64,000 bases of DNA from a bacterium. GTDB taxonomy: Bacteria; Patescibacteriota; Minisyncoccia; Phycocordibacterales; UBA6065. Shown in pieces: positions 30,282 to 38,862 of this stretch. The DNA lies in the NCBI GenBank assembly GCA_030680695.1, contig JAUXUT010000149.1:103801-167800 (forward strand), in the 5' to 3' direction. Position 1 is the stretch's first letter, and the number at the start of each line of letters is the position of its first letter. The position numbers were made by a program, and so were the translations under genes. The notes under the pieces are model-generated. The model did no database searches and was not told the origin of the DNA. It saw nothing but the letters and a program-made list of their open reading frames with translations.

Positions 30282-30521
30282 TTGGAGCTCCATCATTTAA
30301 TCCCCAAGGAATTTCGGAATGATTTCAGCTATTCCATAGAAGTATTGGCAAATTATGTAACTTTATGTCCTAGATGCCATAGGCAGATACATCTGAGTGT
30401 TGATCGGGAAAGAAAGCATCTTATTAACGCCCTTCTGGAAGAACGAAAGAACCGATTAAACCTGGTTGGTTTACCAGTGGATTTGAGGCAAATGTATGAG
30501 TATTACAAAATAGATTCTTAA
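30282..30521 (+). pseudogene. Truncated HNH endonuclease fragment (C-terminal HNH core only) in a low-GC islet
   Basis: ELHHLIP....N..TLCPRCHRQIH HNH core. No ATG and no N-terminal CxxC. Surrounding 30150-30540 is visibly AT-rich relative to flanks. Confidence 0.45.
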
Positions 30522-30528
30522 TCACTAG

Positions 30529-30801
30529 TTGATGACCCCCAAAGACCCCATCCAGCGCATCGAGAAAATCATCAAAGACACCCACGACAAGGCGGGCGTC
30601 TATACTGAACCGGTCCTCAAGCGATATCCATTGCTTTTCGCTTTCCTCGTCATCTTTTCTGTCGCCGCTATCCTCCATGGCTTCGAGCTTTGGTCGAATC
30701 AGATACAACTGTTCACGGAACACCCGATCACCCTCATAGGCATCGGTGTAATCCTGCTCGTCCTCACGGGACAGCTTTATAAGTCTCTTGATAGAATGTA
30801 G
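30529..30801 (+). CDS. Small membrane protein, hypothetical
   Basis: 90 aa with two hydrophobic helices. Confidence 0.35.
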   Translation: MMTPKDPIQRIEKIIKDTHDKAGVYTEPVLKRYPLLFAFLVIFSVAAILHGFELWSNQIQLFTEHPITLIGIGVILLVLTGQLYKSLDRM

Positions 30802-30803
30802 GC

Positions 30804-31199
30804 ATGGAAAACTACACCCTCTACGCAGATTTCATCAAACCCTCATGGGCCCCTCCGGCAGAACTGTTTGGCCCGGTGTGGACTGTTTTGTACATCATCA
30901 TCGCCATTTCGTTTGGATATGCGGCGTACCTCGCCATCAAAAAGCGCATATCGTTCACGACCTTTCTGCCTTTTCTTTTGAATCTCGCATTCAACGTCAT
31001 ATTCACCCCGATACAGTTCGGCTTGCAGTCCAACATCCTCGCTTCGATAGACATCGTATTGGTGCTCGGCACCTTGATCTGGGCCATGGCTGCCATCTGG
31101 AAGCATGCACGATGGGTCGCGCTCGCCAACATCCCATACCTTGCATGGGTGTCGTTTGCTACGGTATTGCAGTTTACGATCACGTACCTTAAGTGGTAA
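30804..31199 (+). CDS. tspO: TspO/MBR (tryptophan-rich sensory protein) family
   Basis: PSWAPPAELFGPVWTVLYIIIAISFGYAAY N-terminal signature, Trp-rich TM helices. Confidence 0.75.
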   Translation: MENYTLYADFIKPSWAPPAELFGPVWTVLYIIIAISFGYAAYLAIKKRISFTTFLPFLLNLAFNVIFTPIQFGLQSNILASIDIVLVLGTLIWAMAAIWKHARWVALANIPYLAWVSFATVLQFTITYLKW

Positions 31200-31285
31200 C
31201 GACCACAGAAAATGCGAAGGGTGAAAAGGGCGCTTCGTAAGAAATATTCCCGAATTCCGTCCATAACCTCGTATCAAATATACAT

Positions 31286-31912
31286 ATGAAACCCACAACC
31301 CTTGCTTTCGCTATCGGGGCTGTCGCGCTTGTCCTCGTCATTATTGGCGTGGCTGGCTTTATGTCCGTTCGGCCCGATACTGACGTGCCAGACCAGGCAA
31401 GCGCAGACCCCGGACGCTATGAAAACGCGACGTATGGATATTCTTTTGCTTATCCTGAAGGCCACGAGGCGAGGGCGTATACACCGGATTATGTGGCGGT
31501 CGGCCGAACAACTGGCGGCAGTTTCGATAGTTCGGCCGACGTCACAATCGTGCGCGGCGATATCATCGAAAGCATGCTCGCTATGTGCGCCGCCGACGGT
31601 CCAAACGAAAGCATGTCGTGTACGAGCATCCGCAGACAAGATCCTGTCGAGACCAGCACAGGATTTTCTGGCGTGCGGTATTTTTTAAACGAGGCCGTGA
31701 CCGACACCAGCACGGGAATCACGTCCGTGCGCGAAAAGGGGCCTTTCTTCGCTTTCGACATCTCGCCTAACGTGCCTGAATCTGCTCGCGGATATCTCGT
31801 CATCCATGCGCCGATCGCTTCAGGGGCGTCGGGAACGTCGCAACTGGACCAGAACCTCATCTCGGGCATAGTAGACAGCTTGCGTGTAAGCAGGGTAGAG
31901 AATGGTTTATAA
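31286..31912 (+). CDS. Membrane-anchored/secreted hypothetical protein
   Basis: N-terminal TM/signal, no recognizable motifs. Confidence 0.4.
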   Translation: MKPTTLAFAIGAVALVLVIIGVAGFMSVRPDTDVPDQASADPGRYENATYGYSFAYPEGHEARAYTPDYVAVGRTTGGSFDSSADVTIVRGDIIESMLAMCAADGPNESMSCTSIRRQDPVETSTGFSGVRYFLNEAVTDTSTGITSVREKGPFFAFDISPNVPESARGYLVIHAPIASGASGTSQLDQNLISGIVDSLRVSRVENGL

Positions 31913-32135
31913 TACAAAAATGGAACCGCGTAAAAAACTGTACAGATCGAGAACCGACCGCGTATTCGCGGGTATTTGTGGCGGCTTGGCCCAGTATTTC
32001 AATGTCGATACAGGACTTTTGCGCCTTATATGGGTGGTGGTCGTGATATTTTCTGGGCTTTTTCCTGGGGTCGTCGTGTACCTGTTTGCAATTGCGTTGA
32101 TACCCGAAGAACCTTTCGTCGAGCCTAAGGCATAG
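31902..32135 (+). CDS. PspC domain protein
   Basis: KLYRSRTDRVFAGICGGLAQYFNVDTGLLRLIWVVVVIF matches the PspC N-terminal domain. Confidence 0.8.
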   Translation: MVYNTKMEPRKKLYRSRTDRVFAGICGGLAQYFNVDTGLLRLIWVVVVIFSGLFPGVVVYLFAIALIPEEPFVEPKA

Positions 32136-32136
32136 C

Positions 32137-32400
32137 ATGTATCACGTTTATATCTTGCGTTGTGCCGACGGATCGCTCTATACGGGCATAACCACGGAAC
32201 TTGAACGCCGTGTCAAGGAGCATAATGCAAATGATTCGCATTTAGGCTCGAAGTACGTATACGCCCGCAGGCCGGCGGTTCTTGTCTGGAGCCGCACCTT
32301 TGCCGACCGTTCCTTTGCATCGGTCGAGGAGGCCAGAATCAAGCGTTTGGACCGGAAAGGCAAGCTTGCCATCATCGAAACTGGAAGTGTGGTAATGTAG
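32137..32400 (+). CDS. GIY-YIG nuclease family protein (UPF0213-like)
   Basis: YHVYILRCADGSLYTGITTELERRVKEHN is the GIY-YIG core. Confidence 0.8.
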   Translation: MYHVYILRCADGSLYTGITTELERRVKEHNANDSHLGSKYVYARRPAVLVWSRTFADRSFASVEEARIKRLDRKGKLAIIETGSVVM

Positions 32401-32404
32401 GGCG

Positions 32405-32656
32405 ATGAAAGATATGAAAGACACGAGAAATACGAACGATTCTGAAGGCGCAGACGAGCCCAAATACCCAATGCGCATCAATAAATACCTCGCCATGCAA
32501 GGCCGAGGCTCGCGCCGTGAAATGGATGTGTTGGTAGGCGAGGGCAAGGTCATGGTTAACGGTACGCCGGCCGTCCTGGGCCAGAAAGTAGACGAGGGTG
32601 ACAAGATAGAAATCAGGTTCCGTGGACCCAAGGGCCCGCGTCCAGCGCACGGCTAG
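32405..32656 (+). CDS. S4 domain RNA-binding protein
   Basis: RINKYLAMQGRGSRREMDVLVGEGKVMVNGTPAVLGQKVDEGDKI is an S4 fold motif. Confidence 0.6.
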   Translation: MKDMKDTRNTNDSEGADEPKYPMRINKYLAMQGRGSRREMDVLVGEGKVMVNGTPAVLGQKVDEGDKIEIRFRGPKGPRPAHG

Positions 32657-32712
32657 TTTTTGCCCACAATTTTGCCGTAATCCCACCTGACACCCCTCGT
32701 CATTGGTGGCGT

Positions 32713-33240
32713 ATGAGGCAGACTTTACCCACGATTTCCTTGGCGATCGCCATTTTGGCGCTCGCTCCGATAAGCGCGCAAGCTGCGCGTGAGGAGGCGC
32801 GATTACAGATATATCGCCCCGTGGTTTCCGTTGTTATGGACAACGTTACGCGTACCGCCACCACGACCATCGTTGTGGCGAACGTAGGTAAAGGAACAGC
32901 CGAGTCGGTCATACTACGCGATATCATGCGCGCACCGGAAGATTACATTATTGGTGTTGAGGACTGGGATCTTGGTGCCATCGGTCCGGGCGAGATCGTG
33001 CAGCTTTCCTATGGCATCACCTTTGCAGATGATGCCAAAGATGGGATATACCGATTTCTCGCAACGGTCGAGGGCCGCAACATTGCCACAATTGCCATGA
33101 ATTCAAATGGCTTTGTGACGGTAGGTACAGAAGAAGTAGTAAAGGCGCGTGTATCGACGGCATCAACACGAGCGGCACCCGAGAGGGGCCGTTTCATGTT
33201 CGGATTATTAGCTAAGAAAGCGTTGGCGTTTCTAGAGTAG
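32713..33240 (+). CDS. Secreted hypothetical protein
   Basis: Signal peptide with AQA cleavage site, 175 aa. Confidence 0.4.
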   Translation: MRQTLPTISLAIAILALAPISAQAAREEARLQIYRPVVSVVMDNVTRTATTTIVVANVGKGTAESVILRDIMRAPEDYIIGVEDWDLGAIGPGEIVQLSYGITFADDAKDGIYRFLATVEGRNIATIAMNSNGFVTVGTEEVVKARVSTASTRAAPERGRFMFGLLAKKALAFLE

Positions 33241-33286
33241 GAAATATTTACCCCTGACTTATCCCCAGGTGGACTCGTCGCCCCTC

Positions 33287-33315
33287 TTGTAAGTGAACTA
33301 TAGTTCACCTATACT
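33287..33315 (+). promoter_or_regulatory. SOS-type promoter TTGTAA-17-TATACT with a perfect LexA (Cheo-type) box GTGAAC-TATA-GTTCAC filling the spacer
   Basis: -35 33287-92, palindrome 33293-33308 (GAAC-N4-GTTC), -10 33310-15. Located about 30 nt before a small ORF and 245 nt before lexA. Confidence 0.65.
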
Positions 33316-33343
33316 ACATACATACGAATAAACGAAACCATGT

Positions 33344-33550
33344 ATGAGCAAGAACCAAATGATAGGGGCGATAGAGCGTGAGATAAAGGCGTTGAATTGG
33401 CGAATAGACCTGAAAATTGTACAGGGTCTATCGTATGCAGCCGAGTCGAGGAGGCACAAGAGGCTGGTATCCCAGCTGCGTATGCTCGCCCCTCGTCGCT
33501 TTGGCATCTTCAGCAGGATGACACAGGCCATGGCCATGTTCACGCTATAA
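33344..33550 (+). CDS. Small basic hypothetical protein (68 aa), first ORF of the putative SOS transcript
   Basis: ORF immediately downstream of the LexA-box promoter. No motif match. Confidence 0.3.
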   Translation: MSKNQMIGAIEREIKALNWRIDLKIVQGLSYAAESRRHKRLVSQLRMLAPRRFGIFSRMTQAMAMFTL

Positions 33551-33558
33551 TCTAAGGG

Positions 33559-34134
33559 ATGATCGATCAACACAAGAAAAAAATCCAGGATTTCTTCACG
33601 AAGCATAGGCGCATGCCTGGCTACAAGGAGCTCATGGCCATAACGGGCTTCAAGTCGAAAAACGCGGTGTACAAGCTTATCAACAAGCTGGTTGATGTTG
33701 GTGTTCTCAGAAAAGATTCAGAAGGACGCATAAGTTTTGCCCAGCCGATTGGCGAGATACCGGTTCTCGGTCTCGTCGAGGCCGGCATACCGATGACAGC
33801 AGAAGAATCAGTGCTCGACACCCTCGACATCAACGCATATCTCGTCGAGGACCGAACGGAATCATACCTTCTCGAGGTGAAGGGAGATTCCATGATAGAT
33901 GAAGGAATCAAAGAAGGTGACCTCGTGGTTGCGGAGAAGGTTGGTCCACGCCTTACGCCCAAGGTGGACGACATCGTCATCGCCGAAATTGACGGTGGCT
34001 GGACGATGAAATATCTCAAGAAAAAAGGTTCACAGACATATCTAATGCCTGCGAACGCTGCATACAAACCTATTTATCCCGAGTATGACCTCAAAATTGC
34101 AGCAGTGGTGAAAGGGGTCATTAGAAAGTATTAA
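33559..34134 (+). CDS. lexA: LexA repressor (S24 peptidase)
   Basis: wHTH N-domain, Ala-Gly cleavage site VEAGIPM, Ser nucleophile VKGDSM, Lys in TMKYLKK. A TATAAT (33546-51) ends 7 nt before the ATG, suggesting an additional near-leaderless promoter. Confidence 0.85.
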   Translation: MIDQHKKKIQDFFTKHRRMPGYKELMAITGFKSKNAVYKLINKLVDVGVLRKDSEGRISFAQPIGEIPVLGLVEAGIPMTAEESVLDTLDINAYLVEDRTESYLLEVKGDSMIDEGIKEGDLVVAEKVGPRLTPKVDDIVIAEIDGGWTMKYLKKKGSQTYLMPANAAYKPIYPEYDLKIAAVVKGVIRKY

Positions 34135-34150
34135 AGGTATAATCGGTTTT

Positions 34151-34669
34151 ATGCCGAAGCCTCATCAGAAGACCGTCGTTGTAAACGACATCATGCAGTC
34201 TGGCTATTCGTACGATCTTGTCGCGCCGATAGGGCGCGACTTTGACCCCGAGTTCAGGCCAGATCTTACCCCGAAAGAATGTCTCGCCCTTGGTGTATTT
34301 GGCGGCAAATACATGACTGATTGCACCGCAGAGTTTCCGTCGGATTGGTTCACGGATGCAAAACTCTGCCACGAACGGCACGATGCGAGCCTTAACTTTT
34401 TCAAAGTGAACGCATCTCAGCCTTTGTCGGTGTGGCGCAAGAAAGGTTGGATATATGCAGACGATCCGCGTGGTTGGTTCCAGTGGTATTGCAGATACTA
34501 TATGGGCCGTCGCATCGCGGGCGAAGATGCGCTCCAGATCAAGCGTTGGAAAGCCATGCGCCGTCACGTGGCGCAGGTCGTTCAGAAGTGCAGGAAAGGG
34601 GATTTCTCGTGCAATACACAACAAAGGCAGGCTTTGCTGCATTGGGCATATGATTCGCGTCGCATGTAA
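34151..34669 (+). CDS. Conserved hypothetical protein in lexA operon (172 aa, Trp/Arg-rich)
   Basis: 17 nt downstream of lexA. GWFQWYCRYYMGRR motif. No family recognized. Confidence 0.45.
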   Translation: MPKPHQKTVVVNDIMQSGYSYDLVAPIGRDFDPEFRPDLTPKECLALGVFGGKYMTDCTAEFPSDWFTDAKLCHERHDASLNFFKVNASQPLSVWRKKGWIYADDPRGWFQWYCRYYMGRRIAGEDALQIKRWKAMRRHVAQVVQKCRKGDFSCNTQQRQALLHWAYDSRRM

Positions 34670-34708
34670 GGTTCGCACGGCGCCCGATACCCTGTAGAAT
34701 AGGAATCT

Positions 34709-36421
34709 ATGACCCAGAAGGAAGCACTCGACATCCTCAAAACCGGCCGCAGCGTTTTCCTCACTGGCGCTGCAGGTTCCGGCAAGACGCATGTTCTGCG
34801 CGAATACATCGCACACCTCCAAAAAGAATTCATCCCGGCCGGCATCACTGCATCGACGGGCATCGCCGCCACCCACATGGGCGGACAGACTATCCATGCG
34901 TGGTCCGGCATCGGCATCCACAGCAATCTTCACGAAGACCAAATCGAGGCCATCGTCGAGAAATCTTACCTTAAATCCCGTCTTTCCAAGGCTCAGGTTC
35001 TGATCGTTGACGAGGTGTCTATGCTCCACCATTTCCGTCTCGATCTCGTTGATGCTGTATTGCGTCGGGCCAAGCGTGGCCAGACAGATTCGGCAGGAAA
35101 CGACATGTCTGAACTGCCGTTTGGCGGTGTGCAGGTGATATTCTGCGGTGACTTTTTCCAATTGCCGCCCGTCATGCGCCCAGGCGAGGAACAGGCCCGT
35201 TTTGCGTATCACTCCGAGGCATGGAAAATGCTTTCGCCCGCCGTGTGTTATCTCCACGAATCCCATCGCCAGGAAGATGATCGTTTCTTGCGTGTTCTTT
35301 CAGCCATCCGTGCAGGCGAGGCCGCATCAGACGACGCCGAAGCCATAGGTGAAATCTTGACCGAACGCATGCACGCGCCAGTCAAAGGCGGCATGGTTGT
35401 GACCAAACTTTACACCCACAACAAGGATGTTGATGCCGAGAATGAGAAAGAGCTCGCCAAACTTCCCGGCGAGGCCGCCGAATATTATATGGACGAAAGC
35501 GGGCGCGAGGCCGTGGCCGCGCTTCTTAAAAAGGGCTGCCTCGCGCCCGAGGTCCTGCGCCTTAAACGTGGCGCCAAGGTTATGTTTGTGAAGAACAGTT
35601 TCGACAAGGGATATGCCAACGGCACGTTGGGCGAGGTGACCCGGTGCGACGCTTCGAAAATAACGGTAAAGACTTTCGACGGCGAGCTCATAGACGTCGA
35701 ACCAGAAGCGTGGAAGGTCGAGGACAACGGCCGTGTCTTGGCCGAAATCAAGCAATATCCGATCCGCCTCGCCTGGGCAATCACCGTCCACAAGAGTCAG
35801 GGCATGTCCCTCGACGCCGCCGAGATAGACCTGTCCAAATCGTTCGAACGCGGCATGGGATATGTGGCGCTTTCACGCGTGCGCTCGCTCGAAGGGCTTT
35901 CCATTAAGGGCATGAACAACATGGCCATGCAGATTCACGAGGAGGCCCTCGACATTGATCGCGACTTTAAACGAATGTCAGACGAACACGCCTTCGCCTT
36001 GCAAGAAATGGGTGCCGCCCGGCTCGCCCAGATGCATGATGAATTCATCGCCCGTGCCGGCAAGCGTGAAGGGGGTGGTCGCAGCAAAGGCAGTCACGGC
36101 GGTGCGCCCAAAAAAGACACAGTCGAGGCGACCCGCGAACTTTTGGAGGCAGGGAAGTCGCTCGCCGAAATCGCAGCTGAGCGCGAACTCACCGTCGGAA
36201 CCGTTCTCGACCATATCGAGAAAATCCGCGCAGAGGATCCTAATTTAAATATTCACCATTTGCGCGAGGCGATTCCTGCGACACGGTTCAAGAAAATCCG
36301 CGCCGCCTTCCAAAAAGTCGGCACGGTGGACGGCGGCAAGCGTCCGCTCTCGCCTGTGATGGCTATCCTTGGCAAAGGTTATAATTTTGAGGATCTGAGG
36401 GTTGTGCGGCTGTTTTTGTAG
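34709..36421 (+). CDS. Pif1/RecD-like SF1 DNA helicase with C-terminal HTH domain
   Basis: TGAAGSGKT Walker A, LIVDEVSML, FGGVQVIFCGDFFQLPPV, AITVHKSQG, C-terminal helix-turn-helix (KSLAEIAAERELTVGTVLDHIEKI). Confidence 0.8.
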   Translation: MTQKEALDILKTGRSVFLTGAAGSGKTHVLREYIAHLQKEFIPAGITASTGIAATHMGGQTIHAWSGIGIHSNLHEDQIEAIVEKSYLKSRLSKAQVLIVDEVSMLHHFRLDLVDAVLRRAKRGQTDSAGNDMSELPFGGVQVIFCGDFFQLPPVMRPGEEQARFAYHSEAWKMLSPAVCYLHESHRQEDDRFLRVLSAIRAGEAASDDAEAIGEILTERMHAPVKGGMVVTKLYTHNKDVDAENEKELAKLPGEAAEYYMDESGREAVAALLKKGCLAPEVLRLKRGAKVMFVKNSFDKGYANGTLGEVTRCDASKITVKTFDGELIDVEPEAWKVEDNGRVLAEIKQYPIRLAWAITVHKSQGMSLDAAEIDLSKSFERGMGYVALSRVRSLEGLSIKGMNNMAMQIHEEALDIDRDFKRMSDEHAFALQEMGAARLAQMHDEFIARAGKREGGGRSKGSHGGAPKKDTVEATRELLEAGKSLAEIAAERELTVGTVLDHIEKIRAEDPNLNIHHLREAIPATRFKKIRAAFQKVGTVDGGKRPLSPVMAILGKGYNFEDLRVVRLFL

Positions 36422-36463
36422 GATACGGTCAGAATTTGGCTTAAAATCGTGGTTTTGTGCCTA

Positions 36464-36542
36464 TTGACAAGTAGGGGTGTTTGGGTGTATAATGTAGAGA
36501 TAAATGGTAAAAGCCCGCGAACATTGCAATGCGTTCGCGGGT
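36464..36542 (+). promoter_or_regulatory. Copy B of the repeated promoter-hairpin element (TTGACA-18-TATAAT plus hairpin)
   Basis: TTGACA 36464-69, TATAAT 36488-93, hairpin aaaagcccgcgaac-attgcaatgc-gttcgcgggttt 36509-44. Confidence 0.55.
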
Positions 36543-36573
36543 TTGTGCGCCTCCTAACTACATGTTTTTCGCA

Positions 36574-36614
36574 CTATCTAATATTTGATTAAAAATTAAT
36601 CAAATATTAGATAG
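36574..36614. repeat. Perfect 41-bp AT-rich palindrome (19-bp arms)
   Basis: ctatctaatatttgattaa-aaa-ttaatcaaatattagatag. Confidence 0.8.
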
Positions 36615-36636
36615 ATGTCCAAAAGATACATAGAGA

Positions 36637-36670
36637 GGCGGGCACCATGAGCACTGCCCGCCTTTTTATT
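36637..36670 (+). terminator. Rho-independent terminator (plus strand), overlapping the stop codon of the minus-strand oxidoreductase gene
   Basis: ggcgggca-ccatgagcac-tgcccgcc plus tttttattt. Confidence 0.65.
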
Positions 36671-38042
36671 TATCTTTTCGCACGCTTTTAGCTGCGCCTC
36701 CAGTAGCGGCCGCGGCTGCCGTCGACCCTGCAACCCATCCTGTAGACCAGCACAACTGCAAGCTGTAGCCGCCTGAAGGTCTGTCTATGTCGAGCACGTC
36801 GCCGATGATGTAAAGGTTTGGATACAGGCGCGATTGCATGGTGCGGAAATCAATTTCTTCCAACTTTACGCCGCCCGATGCCACGATTGCTTTGTCTGCA
36901 CCCAAAAAACCGATGGGCGTCATGCGCATGTCTTTGAGCAACTTACCGAGGCCGAGGCGTTCCTCACGCGTCACAAGGTTGATTTCTTTGTCGGCGTCGA
37001 GCTTGGCGAGTTTGATCACGGCGTCGGCCATCGCCGGGGTCACGAGCTTACCGATAGCGTTCTTAACTTTCTTGTTGGAATGTTCGGCAAAATCGGCCAA
37101 GATTTTCTTGTCGAGGGCTGCAGGGTCGAGGTCTGGGAATATGTCGAGGGAAAGCTCGACCTTTGTGCCATTAGGGCCCGGCTGGGCGTAATGCATAGCT
37201 TCGCGGATTTCTTTGGAAAACGACAGGACGAGCGGACCCGACATGCCAAAATGGGCGAATACCATGCGGCCGATGCGCGAATCGGTGCGCTTGCCATTTT
37301 CCATGATGGAAAGTTTGGCGTGCTGATGCGATACGCCGGCGAGGTCGCGGACCCATTTTTCGGCGATTTTAACAGGGACAAGCGCGGCGTCAGCCTCGAT
37401 TATGGTGTGGCCGATTCGTTTAAGCCATTCGAATCCTTCTCCGGTCGAGCCGGTTTCCGGGTGCGAGGTGCCGCCGGTCGCCAATATATATGAGTCTGCG
37501 ACCACCGTGCCTCGGTCTGTATTGAGGCCTACGACCTTGCCGTCATAGGCATGAAGGCCTTTTCCAGCAAAGCCGTGATGTACCTCGACCCCGCCTTCCT
37601 TCATGTATTTGACCAGAACGTCCCAGACCGAACGGGCGGTGTCGGTGACAGGGAAGATGCGACCCTCGTTCTCTACTTTCGTCTTCATGCCCTTGCTGTG
37701 GAAGAAGTCGAGAGATTCCTTGACCGAATGTTCAGCGAAAGTTGAAAAAAGAAACTTACCCTTACCTTTTAGTTTTGCGAGAAAAGATCTGGCATCAGGC
37801 TCGTCGTTCGTAACATTGCATCGGCCACCACCAGTGATGAGGAGTTTTTTGCCTAGTCCGTCGTTCTTCTCGAGTAGGATGACCGATCCGCCCTTGCCAC
37901 CGTTCCTTGCCGAAAGGAGTTCTGCAGCGCGTCCGGCCGCTATCATGCCCGCAGGCCCGCCACCGATAACGGCGACATCATAACGTTCGCTAAGTTTCGC
38001 CTTCGGTGCTTTGGCTTGTTTTGGTGCGGTCTTTCGTTCCAT
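36666..38042 (-). CDS. HI0933/BaiN-like FAD-dependent oxidoreductase (aminoacetone oxidase family)
   Basis: YDVAVIGGGPAGMIAA dinucleotide-binding motif and the LLITGGGRCNVTN signature of the HI0933 family. Confidence 0.85.
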   Translation of the reverse strand: MERKTAPKQAKAPKAKLSERYDVAVIGGGPAGMIAAGRAAELLSARNGGKGGSVILLEKNDGLGKKLLITGGGRCNVTNDEPDARSFLAKLKGKGKFLFSTFAEHSVKESLDFFHSKGMKTKVENEGRIFPVTDTARSVWDVLVKYMKEGGVEVHHGFAGKGLHAYDGKVVGLNTDRGTVVADSYILATGGTSHPETGSTGEGFEWLKRIGHTIIEADAALVPVKIAEKWVRDLAGVSHQHAKLSIMENGKRTDSRIGRMVFAHFGMSGPLVLSFSKEIREAMHYAQPGPNGTKVELSLDIFPDLDPAALDKKILADFAEHSNKKVKNAIGKLVTPAMADAVIKLAKLDADKEINLVTREERLGLGKLLKDMRMTPIGFLGADKAIVASGGVKLEEIDFRTMQSRLYPNLYIIGDVLDIDRPSGGYSLQLCWSTGWVAGSTAAAAATGGAAKSVRKDK

Positions 38043-38123
38043 AATGCATCTAGGCTACCACGGGACGGCAAAAACAGATATCATAGGCATACATTCCCAA
38101 TACCAAACCCACTTAACCAAATT

Positions 38124-38708
38124 ATGAAAGACATCAAACCAATACTTGCTCTGGTCCTCGGTATTGCCGCCGTCTGGTACATCATCAGTATTCTTGTCGT
38201 ATCAGAAAGTGATGCGCCACTCGATCAGTCTAGTCAGCAAGTTCAAACTGTCATGCAGGATTATTCGACCAACGATTGGCGAGTTGGATTCAAATACCCT
38301 GATACATATACTTTGACGGAAACCGATCTTTCAACACCTCAACGAAACCGTATTTCTCTCGCCCTTATCGAGAAGGGATATGTGCCACCTGAAATGGGCG
38401 AGGGCCCGACGGCCATCACGGTGGATATTTTCCGCAACGTCCAGAACGAACGGTATACAGCCGAAGAATGGATCAAGGGCAATTCAGCGTCGAATTATAA
38501 GCTCGGACCAGGTGAACTTACGGCACGCACTGTCAATAATCATCAGGCTTACGAATATCGCTGGTCTGGGCTCTATGAAGGCAAGTCGGTCGTCGTAGCA
38601 ACGGACGATTTCGTGTACATGTTCTCGGTTACATTCAACAGTCCTGATGACATTACCATGAGCGATTTTGAATCCGTTCTTTCAACGGCTCGATTTGGCA
38701 CGCTGTAA
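38124..38708 (+). CDS. Membrane-anchored hypothetical protein
   Basis: In-frame ATG at 38124 (MKDIKPILALVLGIAAVWYIISILVV), since the longer ORF overlaps the convergent gene. Confidence 0.45.
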   Translation: MKDIKPILALVLGIAAVWYIISILVVSESDAPLDQSSQQVQTVMQDYSTNDWRVGFKYPDTYTLTETDLSTPQRNRISLALIEKGYVPPEMGEGPTAITVDIFRNVQNERYTAEEWIKGNSASNYKLGPGELTARTVNNHQAYEYRWSGLYEGKSVVVATDDFVYMFSVTFNSPDDITMSDFESVLSTARFGTL

Positions 38709-38862
38709 TTGATAAACTGTAATACACAGCAACAGAACCTATGGAAGAAAAAATCAAACCAATAATAGGTCTCCTGTTGCTCGTGCTCACCATCGTCATG
38801 TTTTGGGTAGTTTTTAATCCTCTACCTAGGAATTTTCCCAACATAGGGTAACTGTAATAGTA

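Noticed and set aside
34121-35266. 381-aa minus-strand ORF across the lexA-operon unknown gene and the Pif1-like helicase
   Set aside because: It overlaps two motif-supported plus-strand genes. No recognizable domain.
36574-36614. dif/Xer recombination site interpretation of the 41-bp palindrome
   Set aside because: dif sites are imperfect 28-bp sites with 11-bp arms and a 6-bp spacer. This is a perfect 19-bp-arm palindrome with a 3-bp centre and no resemblance to dif consensus.
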